Below, piece by piece: positions 60,580 to 64,000 of a stretch of 64,000 bases of DNA; position 1 is the stretch's first letter; each line of letters starts with the position of its first letter. This DNA comes from Camelus ferus (Eukaryota), in contig NC_045707.1 of NCBI RefSeq assembly GCF_009834535.1, positions 64,420,001 to 64,484,000 of the forward strand, given 5' to 3'. Position numbers and translations under genes: made by a program. The notes below the pieces were generated by a model. That model made no database searches. It was not told where the DNA came from and worked only from the letters and a program-made list of their open reading frames with translations.

Positions 60580-62240
60580 TGAATGCATTTTAACAACCTT
60601 GCATTTTCACCAGCCCCCCCCCCTTTAATGTTTTTGCCACATTTTACATCTTTTGTGTATCTTTTAACTACTTTTGTGGATATAGATGATTTTACTACTT
60701 TTGTCTTTTTAACCTTCCTATTAGTTTTGTAAGTAGTTGACCTACTACCTTTACTGTGTATTTGCCTTTAGAGATGAGATTTTTTCCCTTCATCAGTTTC
60801 ATACTTCTAGTTGTGGCCATTTCTTTTCCTCTTAAAGTCGTTCTTGTAACATTTCTTGTAAATTCAGTTTCATGGCGCTGAATTTTTTTTTTTTGCTTTT
60901 GCTTGCCTGTCAAGCTCTTTATCTGTTCTTTAAATCTGAAGGACAACCTTGCTGGATAGCGTATTCTTGGTTGTAGGTTTTTCTCTATCATCATTTTAAG
61001 TATATCGTGCCACTCCCTTCTGAGAGAATTTACTAGTTACTCATCTCTTGCTGCTTTTAAGATTCTCTCTTTATCTTTAATTTCTGCCATGTTAATTACA
61101 ATGTGTCGTGGTGTGACCTCTTTGGATTAATCTTGTTTTGGACTCTCTGTGCTTCCTGGACAGATCTGGATATCTGTTTCTTTTCCCAGGTTAGGGAACT
61201 TTTCAGCTACTATGTCTTCAAATATGTTCTCTTCCCTTTTATCTCTCTTTTCTCCTTCTAGGATCCCTATAATGTGAATGTTAGTATACATGCTGTTGTC
61301 CCACAGGTCTCTTAAATTGTCCACGTTGTTTTAACTCTTTTTTTCTTTTTTTCTGTTCGGCTTGAGTGATTTCCATTTTCTGTTCTGTTCCTTTATAGAA
61401 TCTAGTCTACTGTGGATTCCTTCCAGTGTATTTTTTTTTCAGTTATTGTATTCTTCAGCTCTGTTTAGTTCTTCTCTATATTTTCTAACTCTTTGTTAGA
61501 CTTCTCACTGTATTCATCCATCCTTCTCCCAAGTTCATTGAACATCTTCATGACAATTACCTTGACCTCTTCCTCAGGTGGATTGCTTATCTGCACTTTA
61601 CTTAGGTTTTCTTTTAGGGTTTTATCTTGTTCCTTCATTTGGAACATATTCCTCTATTGCCTCATCTTGCCTAATTTTCTGTTTCTATTTCTATGTATTG
61701 GGTAGACTGGTTACATGTTCTGAACTTGGATGAGGGGCCTTATGTAGGAGACATCCTGTGGGGCTTAGCAGTGCAGTTCCTTGTGGCCACCAGAGCTATA
61801 TGCTCTAGGGGTGCGCCCGTATGGGCTGTGTGGGCCCTTCTGTTGTGGCAGGGCAACTGCTGTGGGCACACTGGTATGTAAGACTGATCCTCAGCCTGGT
61901 TGATTGCCAGGCCTGTCTTTTGCAGAAGCTGCTGGCCTCTGATGGATGCAGCTTGTCACGGAGCCGCTGGCCTGGGTCCTGAAGCTGATGTCAAACTGCT
62001 GGTGGGCAGGGCTAGTTATTGTCATGGCTGGCTGCTGATGTCAACCCATGGTGGGTGAGGCAGGGACCTGGGTTGGCTGGCTGAGGGGCCCATGGTGTCC
62101 CAGAGCTGGTGTCCACCAGTTAGTGGGAGGGGCCAGGGTGCAAGGGGTCCCACAGCTGGTGCCAGCCTGCTAGTGGGTGAGCTGAGTCCTAGTGTGGCTG
62201 GCTGCAGAGCTCTGGAAGTCCTGGAGCTGGTGTCGACCTT
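60580..62240 (-). mobile_element. L1 5' portion: GC-rich 5' UTR plus degenerate ORF1
   Basis: ORF1p fragments MFQMKEQDK...RRMDEYSE, NLRDLWDN..NIHIIGILEGE..FPNL and NLQPRIRYPARLSFRF. GC-rich repetitive 5' UTR at ~61700-62240. Confidence 0.9.
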
Positions 62241-62329
62241 CTATTTTTAGACCAAATATGTCACTAATAATAGTAATTACAACAATCATTTATCTGAAAT
62301 CCCTCTGTGTTAAAGCATAATAGTGTGCA

Positions 62330-62665
62330 TATGATGTAATGGGGAAAAATTATCAATTACAGAATCAGACCAACCTGTATTTGAATACTAGATTCATTAC
62401 TTAGGCTTTGTTCAAATCACTTTAATTTCCCTATCAACTTTTTTTGTGTATATATATATAAATTTTTTTTATTGAACTATAGTTATTTTACAATGTTGTG
62501 TCAATTTCTGGTGTACAGCATAATGCTTCAATTTCCCCATTAAGTAAGAGATTGATGGGGAAATTGGAGATAATAAAAGATGATGATAATCTCTGCTGTC
62601 TAAGTGCTGGTGAAGGGTGAAATGAGACTGGTATCTGTAAAGTTGCTAGCGCAGAGTAAGACATT
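62330..62665. mobile_element. MIR (plus) containing a very short L1 3' tail (minus, ~62438-62530)
   Basis: 'agaatcagaccaacctgtatttgaatac' is MIR. The insert reads 'ttttattgaactatagttattttacaatgttgtgtcaatttctggtgtacagc'. Confidence 0.7.
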
Positions 62666-64000
62666 TTGGAGGAAATAGTGGAACCTTTAGAGGAACTTTA
62701 TCATGAAAATACCTTGTGAACATGTATTTTTTAAAAGGAAGAAAGAAAGAAAAAAAAATCCTTCATGCAACCCACCTTGTCTATAACCCATAGAGTTCTC
62801 ATACTATAGTTTTGCTAAATGACTTTGAAAAATAAAATCCCCATGAATTTCGATTCTAGTAAGCTGTCGAAACAGCAAGCACCTGGGGTATCTCTTGGGA
62901 AGGCACAGGCTGCTACAGTAGAGCTGGGATCAGCAGTGTCTCTAGAAATAGTACCAGGCAGTTGCCTCCAGGTGACTAAATGAGGCTTCTTCTCAGCACA
63001 CGAGCTTAGAAAGCTTTATGATTAGTCCGACTTGCTACGGTGAGGAAATAGCACAAAGAAGAATACAAATGGAAGTCAAACTCATCACAACACCCACCCA
63101 GTTCCTAAACAGGTAAGAGAATCGTGGCATTAGCGGCATTAGGTTAAGAGGGTAAATATTGAGATTTATGCCTGCATCTGTTCATGTGTGCATATATGAG
63201 TCAGCAGAGAATCTTTGTGATATTTAGGGAAATAGCCTCAACATTTGAAATGGAAATAAAATGCTGTGCAATTACTCAATATCTCTGAATAGTAAAGCCT
63301 TGCCATCGTGAGAAGTTTCTCGTAAAATTTGTATCCTTCCTAAAGAGAATGGAATTACAAATACGCCCACTCAGACAGAACTGAAAATTTCCATAAAAGA
63401 TATTGAGTGGAGCACCTATTTTCTTGGGTTTGTTTGGTGTAGTTCCCATACTGACACTGGGAGAAAGAAGCCCCTTTGGTTTACGATAACTAGAAAAGGA
63501 AAAGGAGGGGTTACAGTGGGCGGCGTCATTAGATCTAGACTTTTTTTTTATCATATAACATCTTGGGGGCCCTGCCTTTGCGTGCAGGCTTCACTAAAAG
63601 ACTAGTCAGTATCTTCCATTGTAATCGGATGTGGGGGACCGGATGAATGGAAGTTGGTGACAAGAGACATGCCCTGTCTAATTCCCAGCTGGGGACCTCA
63701 GCTTTGTTGTTTTCTACCGGTAAACCAAGAACCTTATTATTAAAGCTGGGCCATCCTCATATGACTCTCATGAAAAATTATGTATGAATTCATTAGTTAA
63801 TCTGTACAAAAAGTGCTATCCTTGGGTGAAAAGCCTCACTTATTTCACGTAAGTTTATTTCAAAAAATATGTATTGAGTTCCTACTGTGTTCTCGGCATT
63901 GTATGAAGTTCTGGGTGTACAAGGATTAAAAATAAGAATTCAGAGTTTTTAAAAATAGTCTAGTGCTTCTAGAGTTGATCCAAAGTTATGGATTATTCTA

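Overview
Mammalian non-coding genomic DNA, most likely camelid (alpaca/llama/camel). The assignment rests on four tRNA-derived SINEs of the Vic-1 type plus artiodactyl-type L1 3' ends. I find no protein-coding exon, RNA gene or prokaryote-type system that I can support. The window looks intergenic or deep-intronic and is dominated by transposable-element relics: L1 pieces (ORF1 and ORF2 remnants), L2, CR1/L3, MIR, MaLR/ERVL/ERV1 solo LTRs, hAT and Tigger MITEs, and microsatellites. The most notable observations are: (1) a CpG-retaining patch with a near-consensus CTCF site at ~34.2 kb; (2) a young solo LTR at 53.1-53.5 kb with tandem KLF-type sites, an ATGCATAT motif, YY1, CCAAT and TATA, nested in a MER96-like MITE; (3) a twin-primed inverted L1 fragment ending exactly at the ORF2 stop; (4) an oversized MER58-ended hAT element with unexplained internal sequence; (5) a recent 112-bp tandem duplication in an ancient MLT1 LTR; (6) a 272-codon orphan ORF. 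Repeat family names are from memory of consensus sequences, not from a database search. Boundaries of old repeats are approximate.
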